Positions 17,145 to 26,617 are shown, numbered from the stretch's first letter. The stretch is DNA of 64,000 nucleotides from Puniceicoccaceae bacterium (GCA_040830765.1 JBFOMH010000006.1:1-64000), one strand, 5' to 3'. Notes: generated by a model not told the origin, from the sequence alone. Program-made: numbers and translations.

Positions 17145-18287
17145 TTACTTCTTCACCTTCGCCACCAGAAGCACTCCAAGCAGCGCCACCCCGCAGGCCT
17201 GCTGGAAGAGATTCACTCCCGTTTCATGATGATGCATGGCCTCACTGACGAGGATGGAGAGGCCGGAAAAGTCCATCAGGATGGCCACTCCCCAGCAGGT
17301 CACGATGATGGAAAGGATGTATCCAAGGGTCGCCTTGCCGCCGATGATCTTAATCAGGGAGGTCACTGTGGCGGTATTGGACGCCGGACCGGCGATAAGG
17401 AAAATAAGTACCGCCCCCGGACTCATTCCGGCTTGCAGGAAACTGAAGGCCATCGGGATCGAGCCGGTGGAGCAGACATAGAGCGGCAGGGAGATGAGGG
17501 TCATGGCCACATACAGGCCAAAGCGTCCACCCGGAAGGTCGGAGAAGAAGTCCGCTGGAACCAGTGAAGCAATCGCTCCGGCAATGAGCAAGCCTATGAC
17601 CAGTGCCCAGAAGAGGTCACGGGGTAAGGTCACAAGGCCAAATTTGAGGCCCGAAGTGAAAGAAATATGTGCTTTTTCCTCCGAGCTGTCCTCTCCAGAA
17701 TCGCAGCAGGATGCGGGTTCCGTTATCGCATCCGCTTCGTGGCTGCAGCAGGAATGTTCTTCCTTCGGCTCCTCGTGGCCACAGCAGGAAGTTTCTTCCT
17801 CTTCTTCATGGCAACAGCAATGGCCTTCGCCCTCCGTCTTCTGTCCTTCGTCCTTTGTCCTTTGTCCTTTATCCAGCCATTCAACAACGAGACCCGCGAC
17901 AATCCCATTAACAAAGGCAATGGCGACCCGGACGAAGGTGAAAACCCAACCGAGCATACCGACTGTTGCTGCTATGGAATCGACCCCCGTTTGCGGAGTG
18001 GAGGCGGTAAAGGCGGCGACGGCTCCCCGTTGACCACCCTGACGTCGAATACCGGCGGCCACGGGAATCACCCCGCAGGAACAGAGGGGCAGGGGAATGC
18101 CAATGACAACCGACTTCAGGATCTGCTTGAGTCCCTTCTGCCCGAGATGCCGTTTGACCCAGTCCTCGTTGAAGAAAACACGGAGGAGTCCGGCTATGAT
18201 AAAACCGAGGAGAAGGTAGGGGGCCATTTCAGCCGTCAGCCACCAGGTCTCCTGGAGGAAATTCAATAGGATCGAGGGGAATTCCAT
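17145..18287 (-). CDS. Permease, ArsP/DUF318 (SO_0444-like Cu/Zn efflux) family, with a His/Cys-rich loop
   Basis: 'PLPLCSCGVIP', 'STPQTGVDS' and 'PLYVCSTGSIP' motifs; multiple TM helices; CC-rich acidic linker. Confidence 0.88.
   Translation of the reverse strand: MEFPSILLNFLQETWWLTAEMAPYLLLGFIIAGLLRVFFNEDWVKRHLGQKGLKQILKSVVIGIPLPLCSCGVIPVAAGIRRQGGQRGAVAAFTASTPQTGVDSIAATVGMLGWVFTFVRVAIAFVNGIVAGLVVEWLDKGQRTKDEGQKTEGEGHCCCHEEEEETSCCGHEEPKEEHSCCSHEADAITEPASCCDSGEDSSEEKAHISFTSGLKFGLVTLPRDLFWALVIGLLIAGAIASLVPADFFSDLPGGRFGLYVAMTLISLPLYVCSTGSIPMAFSFLQAGMSPGAVLIFLIAGPASNTATVTSLIKIIGGKATLGYILSIIVTCWGVAILMDFSGLSILVSEAMHHHETGVNLFQQACGVALLGVLLVAKVKK
17822..17870. repeat. Heptamer tandem repeat (GTCCTTY x7, degenerate at one end) inside the permease gene
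   Basis: ggccttc-gccctcc-gtcttct-gtccttc-gtccttt-gtccttt-gtccttt; encodes KGQRTKDEGQKTEGEG. Confidence 0.8.
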
Positions 18288-19000
18288 TATGTTTGGAAAG
18301 ATGCCTCCAAATCGACCGGGGTCAAGCTGGGTGACTGCAATAGCCCTTCCAACTCGCTGCCCAGGAGCAGCTCAAAGTCATGGGGATGGAGGCCAATGCG
18401 CAGAACCCTCCCGGAACGCCGGGCCTGGCGGATATTCCATCGATTCCAGATGCTGACAGCCATCTTCCGCCACCAGGTATCCACCTCGTAACCCACCATG
18501 GGTAGTGGATGCAATCGTCCGGCCTGGGTGTCGATTATTCCTTTCAAAACCTCAATAAACCGGGGGAACGGTTCGTCCGCGGTAATCGGAGGCGGATCCC
18601 CCAATGCCCATGCAGGAGGAACATAGAGGGCAGGCAAAGAAAAGCCGTTATCGGGGAACCATTGCATGGAACGGGAGATGAAGCCGGGGATTTCCTCCGG
18701 GTTGAGGGCAAGGTGCTCAGCGACGTTGCGGGAAATGAGGGCGGAGTGGAGACGGTGGTAGACGGTCTTGGGCTGGGTTTCATGAATCCACCCGTGGGCT
18801 GCAAGCGTGTGACCTTCCTCCACCCGCTGGCGCAGCCAATCCAGCTGGGATTCCTGCCAATCCCGTCCCGGGACGACCAGCAGGGTGATGGGGGGCAGGC
18901 CGACAGAATTCAATCGCTGCAGAACCTCATCCGCTTGAGGGAGGGTCTCTGGCATGACGTCGTGTAGGGATATCAGCGCCTTGAGTCCAGTTTCATTCAT
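18287..19000 (-). CDS. Polysaccharide deacetylase-like (DUF2334-like) protein
   Basis: 'ISLHDVMP', 'LLVVPG', 'AHGWIH', 'YVPPAW' and 'RIGLHPHD' motifs. ATG 19000 overlaps the end of the GT gene. Confidence 0.8.
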   Translation of the reverse strand: MNETGLKALISLHDVMPETLPQADEVLQRLNSVGLPPITLLVVPGRDWQESQLDWLRQRVEEGHTLAAHGWIHETQPKTVYHRLHSALISRNVAEHLALNPEEIPGFISRSMQWFPDNGFSLPALYVPPAWALGDPPPITADEPFPRFIEVLKGIIDTQAGRLHPLPMVGYEVDTWWRKMAVSIWNRWNIRQARRSGRVLRIGLHPHDFELLLGSELEGLLQSPSLTPVDLEASFQT

Positions 19001-20111
19001 CCCGTTGCTTGGCATACTTGCGGACAAATTCAACCCACTGGTCGATAGTCTGGTCATTCAGCGCCACAGCCGCGGTGCGGGCGGCTTCCGCCTTTTGTCT
19101 CCAGGTTTCGGCCGGCAAGGCCAGCAGCTCATTGAAGACCTCGACAATGGATTTCCCCGTATTGAGGACAAACAAGGCCTCGCTCAGGCTCTTCCACTCA
19201 TGAATACCGGCTTCTGCCGAGACCAAGGCTGGCCGGCCCCGGGCCATCGCCTCAAGGGCAACAGTGCCAAAGGTCTCGGCGTGGGAGGGCAGGATCAGGA
19301 GGTCGGACTGGTCGATCTCGGCGAGCAATCCCTCACGGTCGAGCCAACCAGTCAGGCTGAGGTTGGGAAGGGACTCTGCTTCTCTTTCCATCTCCTTGCG
19401 TAAGGGGCCTTCGCCGACCATGACGAATTCAATGGAGGGGAAAGCCCGGACTGCCTCGATGACAACCGGTAAATTCTTTTCGGGAGCCAGACGGCCGGCA
19501 AAGATGACCCGCTTGAGCTCTCCCCGCGGGGGGACCGTCGGTGTATTGAGGAAAGGACTGGCCAGCGGGGTACCCATGAGGTCCTGATGCTTGGCCCCCA
19601 ACCGCTGGACAGTCGGGATGAGGCCCTCGTTGTTAATCAGGACAGACTCGCTTCGCTTAATGAGGATCTTGTTGATAAGCTCCAGATACCAGTTGCAGAA
19701 GCGGAAAAACAGCGTGTCTCCGTACATCTGGACAAGACCCTCGAAATGGGTGTGGAACGCGGTCAGGAATCCGGTCTTCTTCCTCTTGGCGAGCCAGAGC
19801 CCGACCATCCCGAAGGGACCAGGCGTAACCGCAATGCAGAGGTGGGGCTTGAAGGCCTTGAACTCTCGGTTGATCCGGAAGATGTTCGGGGTGAGAATCT
19901 TCTGGGTCTTGTCGCCTGGCAGGGGCATAGCCAGCCAAAGGAGTCGCTTTTTGACGAGGGGCTGGAACACCTTGACCCCACCGATGCGCGGGCCGAGCTG
20001 TTCCGAGAGGTCGCTGTAATAAGCCCCGGCCCCGTTGCGTTCGGGGAATGAATCGGAGAAAATGGCCAGCCGGAGCTGCTCAGTTTCGTTTTTTTGGGCG
20101 TTTGAAGTCAT
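18993..20111 (-). CDS. Glycosyltransferase family 4 (GT-B)
   Basis: 'FAGRLAPEKN', 'VGEGPLR' and 'ETFGTVALEAMARGRP' motifs. Confidence 0.9.
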   Translation of the reverse strand: MTSNAQKNETEQLRLAIFSDSFPERNGAGAYYSDLSEQLGPRIGGVKVFQPLVKKRLLWLAMPLPGDKTQKILTPNIFRINREFKAFKPHLCIAVTPGPFGMVGLWLAKRKKTGFLTAFHTHFEGLVQMYGDTLFFRFCNWYLELINKILIKRSESVLINNEGLIPTVQRLGAKHQDLMGTPLASPFLNTPTVPPRGELKRVIFAGRLAPEKNLPVVIEAVRAFPSIEFVMVGEGPLRKEMEREAESLPNLSLTGWLDREGLLAEIDQSDLLILPSHAETFGTVALEAMARGRPALVSAEAGIHEWKSLSEALFVLNTGKSIVEVFNELLALPAETWRQKAEAARTAAVALNDQTIDQWVEFVRKYAKQRDE

Positions 20112-21279
20112 CACGTGTCATGCAGGGATGGGCGAGGATTTCCTCATAGATGTGCCGAACCAGCGAATTGAATTCGTCAGGACCGGTTTTGGCTGTCAAT
20201 GGTGAATGCTGATGGGTGCTTTCCGTTTTCACGGAGGACGCTGCCGCATCGCGAATGGCCTCCCGCAGGGAATCACTGATGGGGACACAGACCTGTTTTA
20301 GCGACTGCTCGAGGACTGCTGCCGTATCCTCCCGAAGACGGGTCTGGTCGATGATGGCCAGGCGGTCGACAAGAAAGCTTTGCTTCTCATCCAGCAGGAT
20401 CCGGTAGATATGGGCGAAGACTGTCTGGAACTCCAGCGAGTAGGTATCCGCGGCCCGGGTAGTGGCGAAGAACTTCAGCCCGCTGCGGATGGAACTTAGC
20501 TGGGAGGCGAGAGAGGATCGGGGCTCGCGGATGCAGAAGAGGTAGCGAGCATCGGGAAAGGCAAAGCGCAGGTCAGGCAACCACGAACCAAAGGCCGCGT
20601 TCTTGCTCAGCAGGCGGCGACCAGCTGGCGCACAGTAGAGGTGCTTTTGCAGGCAACGCTTGTAGAAGCTGACGAGAATCTCCCGCTGGTCGTCCGGCAA
20701 TTCCTGAAACCGGCCAAGTTGCCAGAGGCTGCGACTGGCCGGAAAGGCAAGGATGAGGATAAAGCATCCACCTGCCGGAAGCAGAGACAGATAATCCTCC
20801 TCGGGTGCATGCAGGCCGACTTCATGGATGTGCGAGAAGTCGCCTGTCAGTTTTTCCGTTAATTCATCCATGAGCCGGTGCAAGGGGGAGCCAACTTTCC
20901 GGTCCAGCCTGGAGAGCAGCCGGACCAGTTTGCGCCCGGTGATGGAGGGAGCAATGAGGGCCTCCCAGGTCTCCATGGTTGTGAACTGTTCCTTGTCGGC
21001 GGAAATTGCCCGGTGGACAAAGGTTGTCCCGCTGCGGGGGACGCCAATGACAAAAAGCGGTTCCTTGACATCCACCTCCCGGTAGGAACGGAAGAAGACC
21101 TCATCGAGGAGGAAGCCCAGCCAATGGATAAGCTGGATGAGCAGAAAGACTGGAAAGAGAAGAAACAGGACAACCAAGCGGCGGAGACTGAGCGGCGCCA
21201 GGTACCGTCCGCGGCTTTCAATTGCCTCGAAGAACCACAGTACATGCAGCCGGATGCTCAGTAGAAAAGCGCGTCTCAT
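20080..21279 (-). CDS. PAPS-dependent sulfotransferase
   Basis: 5'-PSB loop 'PLFVIGVPRSGTTFVH', 'PEED', 'LLSKN' and 3'-PB-like 'IREPRSSLASQLS'; N-terminal TM helix. ATG 21279 overlaps the GtrA stop (ATGA). Confidence 0.88.
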   Translation of the reverse strand: MRRAFLLSIRLHVLWFFEAIESRGRYLAPLSLRRLVVLFLLFPVFLLIQLIHWLGFLLDEVFFRSYREVDVKEPLFVIGVPRSGTTFVHRAISADKEQFTTMETWEALIAPSITGRKLVRLLSRLDRKVGSPLHRLMDELTEKLTGDFSHIHEVGLHAPEEDYLSLLPAGGCFILILAFPASRSLWQLGRFQELPDDQREILVSFYKRCLQKHLYCAPAGRRLLSKNAAFGSWLPDLRFAFPDARYLFCIREPRSSLASQLSSIRSGLKFFATTRAADTYSLEFQTVFAHIYRILLDEKQSFLVDRLAIIDQTRLREDTAAVLEQSLKQVCVPISDSLREAIRDAAASSVKTESTHQHSPLTAKTGPDEFNSLVRHIYEEILAHPCMTRDDFKRPKKRN

Positions 21280-21749
21280 GAAGAGGCTTCGGCATCGCGG
21301 ACCTGAGTCTGAAAGACAAACCGCTTGGAGCACATGAAGTTGAAGAGAAGGCCAATGATCCCGCCGGTGACCAGGCCGACGAGCGGAAGCAGGGTCAGGG
21401 CTAGCCCCTCCAGCCCGATCTTGTGACCAATCGTCACCACCAGACTGAAGACCCCGTAATTGATCAGCCCACCTGTCAGGTGAACCCCGAAATGGCCGGC
21501 CATTTGCCTGTAGAAACAGCCCCGCTGGTCACCCCCGAAGGTGAAGTAACGATTCAGCAGGTAACCTGCACCGATGGCTGCTCCGAGGGAAACAAAGCGG
21601 GACAGGTACAGGTTGAAGCCAAAGGAAAAGTGCAGCAGGTAGAGCAACCCGGCATCAATGAGCGACACCTTCACCCCGACGGTGGCAAAGCGCATGAACT
21701 GGGCCAGCCGGCTATGGGATTTAAAGTAATGACGAATCAGACGCTTCAT
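21276..21749 (-). CDS. GtrA family membrane protein
   Basis: 'QFMRFATVG', 'YLLNRYFTF' and 'FNFMCSKRFVF' motifs; four TM helices. The ORF-track N-terminal extension overlaps the upstream gene and is probably not translated. Confidence 0.85.
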   Translation of the reverse strand: MKRLIRHYFKSHSRLAQFMRFATVGVKVSLIDAGLLYLLHFSFGFNLYLSRFVSLGAAIGAGYLLNRYFTFGGDQRGCFYRQMAGHFGVHLTGGLINYGVFSLVVTIGHKIGLEGLALTLLPLVGLVTGGIIGLLFNFMCSKRFVFQTQVRDAEASS

Positions 21750-21834
21750 ACAGGGAGGGTGTGCCTGCAAGGTTTCCCAGGCAGCTCCATGCTTGGATAG
21801 CGGGCCCGATTCGTCAATGGTCGAGATGGGCGAT

Positions 21835-22707
21835 TTATTGCTCCGGATGGATTTCCTGTTGGACCATACAGAGGCGCGGACTGGCATCGATACCCAGGAC
21901 AACCAATGTTTCCATGACGTCCTCGATGATGTCCACGGCCAGGAATCCCAGATTGAAAACCTTGCAGCAGCGCTGGCCCAGGTCCATCGCAGCCGGCAGG
22001 TTCTCGACCTCTTGTCCGGCAAGTTCAATCCCGGTGTCCGGATGATGCTGAATCGGCTCATCCTCGAGGATGCCCTCCAGGGTCAGGCCGGTCTCCAGGT
22101 CGACGGGGACCCGTATGGCGCCGCATGACACGTTAACCCGACCATTGGAATTCAGGGTTGGCAGGCGGATTTCGGCTGCCACAAGCTTGTTCATGCACAA
22201 AATGAGGCGCAGGGCAGGGGCACCCGGATTGACAGGAAATATCCATTGCCGGCTGGTCTGCAGGTACTCCTCAACCATGACCACGTCAGGCTTCCCGGCG
22301 GGAGAGAACTCCCCATGCAGAATCTGGTAGAAGTGGAACTTAAGGGTATCGATGCTCAGGTGCTCGCCAGACAACTTGGTAACCCCGGACTCATCGGCAT
22401 AAAGGCAGGGTAGAACACCGCGTCCATGGGTCGAATGGACTGGCTTGACGACAAACGGGGTCCCTTTCTTGACCAGCATCTCGATGACTTTGGGAATTTC
22501 ACTTTGCTGTTCGACCAGTTCGAGCGTTTCGGGAACGGGAATATCGGAGGCCTCCAACCGGTTTTTCGCCTTGACCGTATGCAGGGTCAGGGCCGCCTCG
22601 GAGGGAGGATTCAGCAATTCGAGCAGACTTTGGTCAGGGAAGGGTTGTCCGGTGGAACCGGTAATCAGGTTTTCCTCTAAAAGCTCTTTGATGGCATTGG
22701 GTCGCAT
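21835..22707 (-). CDS. Sugar-transfer-associated / RimK-like ATP-grasp protein, catalytically degenerate
   Basis: 'IPVPETL', 'FVVKP', 'IRLPTLNSNGRVNV', 'HHPDTG' and 'LGFLAVDI' match the alpha-L-glutamate-ligase-like family, but the terminal ELN motif reads GID. Confidence 0.75.
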   Translation of the reverse strand: MRPNAIKELLEENLITGSTGQPFPDQSLLELLNPPSEAALTLHTVKAKNRLEASDIPVPETLELVEQQSEIPKVIEMLVKKGTPFVVKPVHSTHGRGVLPCLYADESGVTKLSGEHLSIDTLKFHFYQILHGEFSPAGKPDVVMVEEYLQTSRQWIFPVNPGAPALRLILCMNKLVAAEIRLPTLNSNGRVNVSCGAIRVPVDLETGLTLEGILEDEPIQHHPDTGIELAGQEVENLPAAMDLGQRCCKVFNLGFLAVDIIEDVMETLVVLGIDASPRLCMVQQEIHPEQ

Positions 22708-22818
22708 GTGGCTGGGTCAGGGCGGATGAAAGGTTATTGCGACCAGTATCCTTCATTTGCCCATCCTGCAAAAGCTACATCCGGGAGCCTGCGGAGGATT
22801 TACCTTTAATTGATAACT

Positions 22819-23679
22819 TTACTTACCAATCCAAGTCCAGCCGCCTGAATCACTGATGTTCTGCTCAGGCGCGTAGATATACTTGTTCAGTGCATAGACG
22901 TAGACATAGGGATCATCTCCAACATCAATCCAGCCCAGGAAGCTATCCGTAAAGACGCTGCGCCCATCGGATTCAATGGGATAGCCTGCCCATGTCGCAG
23001 CGCCTGCACTGTAAGTAATGGTCAGCATTGGCCGATCGGCGGCATTGCTCCAATGCCGACTGTAAAAGCGTTTCGAGCTTTGCTGGGTTTCATCACCGAT
23101 GACGATCCAGCCAAAATTTGTGGCTGGGTTGTCAATCCATGCCTGCACGTCGGCAACCATGCTGGTGCCTGACCAGTTATATTTGCCGCTACCACTGACG
23201 CTGATTGTTGCGGAAGGCGAAGCGACAAAATCACCACCCTGGTTGGCCCAAAACTGATCGGAATAAAATGTGTGTGTCCAGGTAACGTCGCCGGTCTCAG
23301 CCGAGATTCCCCGGCCTTCATTAGCGAAGGCATCCGAGCTGCCTTCTCCCCAGTCCTTGGTCAGGCGGTGGACCGTGACCTGACGGCCGCCTACGCCGGA
23401 CTTGTTCATGGTCAGTTCAAGCGAAACCGATTCCACCGTCGAGCCGGCAGGAATGACCCCATCCAGATTAAATTGCAGGAGCGCTCGCCGGTTTGAGCTG
23501 CCATTTTGCGGACCAACCTGACCTGCAAAAATGTAGAAGCCCTGGCCATTACTCTTGTCCGACTCCTCGTACATGGTGTTGTCCTTGGTTGGTTCAATAG
23601 TGACGGAAGCCGACCACAGGCTTGCTGCGGCAACTACAAGCAGGGTGGTAAGCAGGGTCGTTTTGTCTATTCTTATCAT
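22819..23679 (-). CDS. Secreted DNRLRE-like domain protein with a Trp/Tyr-rich C-terminal domain
   Basis: Signal peptide; 'TIEPTKDNTMYE', 'RRALLQFNL', 'VHRLTKDWGEG', 'ADVQAWIDNPATNFGW' and 'RPMLTITY'. Confidence 0.75.
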   Translation of the reverse strand: MIRIDKTTLLTTLLVVAAASLWSASVTIEPTKDNTMYEESDKSNGQGFYIFAGQVGPQNGSSNRRALLQFNLDGVIPAGSTVESVSLELTMNKSGVGGRQVTVHRLTKDWGEGSSDAFANEGRGISAETGDVTWTHTFYSDQFWANQGGDFVASPSATISVSGSGKYNWSGTSMVADVQAWIDNPATNFGWIVIGDETQQSSKRFYSRHWSNAADRPMLTITYSAGAATWAGYPIESDGRSVFTDSFLGWIDVGDDPYVYVYALNKYIYAPEQNISDSGGWTWIGK

Positions 23680-23922
23680 GGTTATCAAGTGAGGTGAATT
23701 GTCTGAAATAATAGTTTATGAAAAAATAAAAAGTTCCTGAATTTGTGAATTAATTCCTATTCGTTAAATGAGCAAGGAATCGGGCTCGATTTCGCAATCT
23801 GTTGCCCGCAGGGCATTAACCCCTGTTAAGAGGGTTATTAGATTAAATAATTCTGCCTGCCAAGGAGGAATTCCAGCCTTGGTGAACCTTTACCGGTCAG
23901 ATTGGTGGGATGTTTTCCGGGA

Positions 23923-25596
23923 TCAGATCAAGCCGGTAATATTCCCATCAGCATCGACATCCATGTTGAGGGCAGCCGGTGCCTTGGGCAATCCGGGCAT
24001 GCGGAGGATGGATCCGGTGATGGGGATGAGGAACCCGGCTCCGGAGGCGATCTCGATATCATTCACCACCAGCTCGAATCCCTCCGGGACACCCGTAAGC
24101 TTTGGATTGTCGGAAAAGGAATACTGCGTCTTGGCAATACAGATTGGCAGGTGCTCCAATCCGAGGCTTTTGATCATTCGCAGGCAAGCATTAGCCTTCG
24201 GGGTCAGGGTGACCATGCCGGCGCGGTAGATTTTCGTCGCTACCGCCTGGATCTTCTCCTGGACGCTGTCTTCCCAGTTGTAGGTCGGGGTGAAGTCACC
24301 GCTAAACCCGTCCGCTGTGGCAGCGACCAATTCGGCCAGGTCTGCGGATCCCTTGCCGCCGTGGGCCCAGGCATCGTTAATTTCAACCGCGACCCCTTTC
24401 TCGGCACACAATTCCCGGACAAGGGCGACTTCCTCGTCGGTGTCTGAACTGAACTTGTTGAGAGCAACCACTGCCGGCACTCCAAATTTCCCGATATTGT
24501 CAATGTGACGGGCCAGATTGGGAAAGCCCTTCCTGACTGCTTCCGGATTTGATGTAGTCAGATCCTTGAGCGGAACACCTCCATGGAACTTAAGGGCGCG
24601 CATGGTGGCGACAATGACCACAGCGCGGGGCTTCAAATTTCCGTAGCGGCACTTGATGTTGAAGAACTTTTCTGCGCCGAGGTCCGCTCCGAAGCCCGCT
24701 TCGGTAACCACGTAATCAGCGAGAGTCAGCCCCATCTTGGTGGCGAGGATGGAATTGGTTCCCTGGGCGATATTGGCAAAGGGACCACCGTGGATAATGG
24801 CCGGGTTTTTCTCCAGGGTCTGGACCAGATTGGGATGAATGGCTTCCTTGAGAATGACCGTCATGGCTCCGCTGGCCTTAATGTCACGGGCATAGACCGG
24901 TTTGCCACCGTAGGTCAGGCCGACATGGATGTTTCCCAGTTTCGCTTTCAGGTCAGGGAGGGAATTGGAAAGGCACAAGATGGCCATCACCTCCGAAGCT
25001 GCGGTTATATTGAAACCGGCTTCGCGGGGTACACCACCAGTCTTGCCCCCGAGCCCGGAAATAATGTTCCGCAGCGCCCGGTCGTTCATGTCCATGACCC
25101 GTTTCCAGGTCACGGAACGGGGATCAATCTGGTCCGAGCCATCGAGGGTTTGGCGCAGCTCATTGTCGATCAGGGCAGCGAGCAGATTGTTGGCAGTCTC
25201 GACAGCCCGGAAGTCCCCCATGAAGTGGAGGTTGATATCCTCCATCGGGACAACCTGGGACAAGCCGCCGCCGGCGGCACCGCCCTTCATGCCAAAGCAA
25301 GGGCCCAGGGACGGTTCCCGCAGCACCACGGCTGCCTTCTTCCCGATGTGGTTGAGCCCGTCGCAAAGCCCCACCGAGGTGGTTGTCTTTCCCTCTCCGG
25401 CGGGGGTGGGGGTCATGGCGGTGACGAGAATCAGCTTGGATTGGGCCACTTTCTCCTCGTCAATCAGCGATAGCGGCACCTTGGCCTTGTACTTGCCATG
25501 CAAATGAATGGCGTCTTCCTCGATACCCAGCCTTCCAGCGAGGTCGGTAATGGGGTCCATGGGTACGCTTTGGGCGATTTCCAAATCGGTCTTCAT
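23923..25596 (-). CDS. fhs: Formate--tetrahydrofolate ligase
   Basis: 'TPAGEGKTT', 'LREPSLGPCFGMKGGAAGGG', 'HGGPFANIAQG', 'VTEAGFGADLGAEKF' and 'CIAKTQYSFSD'; 557 aa. Confidence 0.98.
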   Translation of the reverse strand: MKTDLEIAQSVPMDPITDLAGRLGIEEDAIHLHGKYKAKVPLSLIDEEKVAQSKLILVTAMTPTPAGEGKTTTSVGLCDGLNHIGKKAAVVLREPSLGPCFGMKGGAAGGGLSQVVPMEDINLHFMGDFRAVETANNLLAALIDNELRQTLDGSDQIDPRSVTWKRVMDMNDRALRNIISGLGGKTGGVPREAGFNITAASEVMAILCLSNSLPDLKAKLGNIHVGLTYGGKPVYARDIKASGAMTVILKEAIHPNLVQTLEKNPAIIHGGPFANIAQGTNSILATKMGLTLADYVVTEAGFGADLGAEKFFNIKCRYGNLKPRAVVIVATMRALKFHGGVPLKDLTTSNPEAVRKGFPNLARHIDNIGKFGVPAVVALNKFSSDTDEEVALVRELCAEKGVAVEINDAWAHGGKGSADLAELVAATADGFSGDFTPTYNWEDSVQEKIQAVATKIYRAGMVTLTPKANACLRMIKSLGLEHLPICIAKTQYSFSDNPKLTGVPEGFELVVNDIEIASGAGFLIPITGSILRMPGLPKAPAALNMDVDADGNITGLI

Positions 25597-25604
25597 GACG
25601 ATTC

Positions 25605-25632
25605 AGGATACGGCCCGCATCGCTTCCAGCAA
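25605..25632 (-). promoter_or_regulatory. Putative promoter of fhs (near-leaderless)
   Basis: Minus strand TTGCTG-N16-TATCCT-N8-ATG. Confidence 0.4.
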
Positions 25633-25717
25633 TGTGGACCCCGCTTTCCAGTAAAACGTGAAAGCTGTCCCATGATTTGTCTGGAATGCCGGTTGGAATC
25701 CCATAAAGTGACGTCTT

Positions 25718-26617
25718 ATGGTTGATTCCATGAAGGCGATCCGACTTATCCCACTCCTCGCTGGTCTCCTTTCTTTCGCTCTGGCAGGGTACGCCGGCGA
25801 AGGTCCAAGGAATCCATCTGTAGCGGTCAAGGCTGGTATGCCAGCTGAGGAACTCCTCCGGCAGAAAGGGAATCCTGCGAGCACGATAACTATGGGTACA
25901 AGAAGTGTTATCCGCTGGCCGGACCTGAAGGTCACCGTAATCAATGGGAAGGTGGCCTCCTTCACGGAAATCGATCCCGTGGAAAAGCAATTGTCCCGGA
26001 AAGAGCAGGCTGTCATTGCCAAGGCCCGGCAAATGGAGATTGAGGAACGCAGGGAAAAAGTGGCGGCAGAGGAAAAACGCCGCCAGGCCCTTCGGGAACA
26101 ACTGGCAAAGGAAGCGGAGGTGGACAAGGAAACACAGGACCTCATCGAGCGGGCCAAAAACGGTGATCCCAAGGCCCAGTTACAACTCGGCCAGATGTAC
26201 CTAGCAGGCGATGGCGTTTCCCAAAGCGACCAGCAAGCGGCGGAATGGGTCCAGAAGGCCGTCGACCAGCATGACATTCGGGCCGAGTACCAGTTGGGCT
26301 TGCTGTATCTGGAGGGCAGGGGAGTGCCGCAATCCAAGAAAGAGGCCTTCAGGTGGGTCAAGCGGGCAGCTGACCGGGGATACCCGCGGGCGTTCGTCAC
26401 TGTCGGGGACTTCTATGCGCAGGGGACGGGTGTCTTCCGGAACAACAAGAATGCCTACATGTGGTTTGTCTATGCGTCCTACTACGGAAACCCTGCTGCC
26501 AGGGAGAAGATGGAAGTGATGGCTGAGTTCCTGACGGATTCGGAAATCCGGGAAGCCACCTCCAGCGCAACATTCGCATTCGGGAGAGGAATCCGCCCAG
26601 TATCTACCAGTCGTTGA
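25718..26617 (+). CDS. Secreted Sel1-like repeat protein
   Basis: Signal peptide, coiled-coil segment, and Sel1 repeats 'AQLQLGQMYLAGDGV', 'AEYQLGLLYLEGRGV' and 'VGDFYAQGTGV'. Alternative start at 25730. Confidence 0.88.
   Translation: MVDSMKAIRLIPLLAGLLSFALAGYAGEGPRNPSVAVKAGMPAEELLRQKGNPASTITMGTRSVIRWPDLKVTVINGKVASFTEIDPVEKQLSRKEQAVIAKARQMEIEERREKVAAEEKRRQALREQLAKEAEVDKETQDLIERAKNGDPKAQLQLGQMYLAGDGVSQSDQQAAEWVQKAVDQHDIRAEYQLGLLYLEGRGVPQSKKEAFRWVKRAADRGYPRAFVTVGDFYAQGTGVFRNNKNAYMWFVYASYYGNPAAREKMEVMAEFLTDSEIREATSSATFAFGRGIRPVSTSR

Noticed and set aside
23690..23920. AT-rich intergenic stretch with a weak inverted repeat (about 23817-23837) as an ncRNA
   Set aside because: The hairpin is short and imperfect; the region is more simply the promoter region of the DNRLRE-like gene plus the fhs 3' region.
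25597..25717. ZMP/ZTP or THF riboswitch upstream of fhs
   Set aside because: No conserved riboswitch motifs were seen, and a promoter-like element lies only 8 nt from the ATG, leaving no leader.
25603..26400. 265-aa minus-strand ORF
   Set aside because: Antisense to the Sel1 gene; composition typical of a shadow frame.
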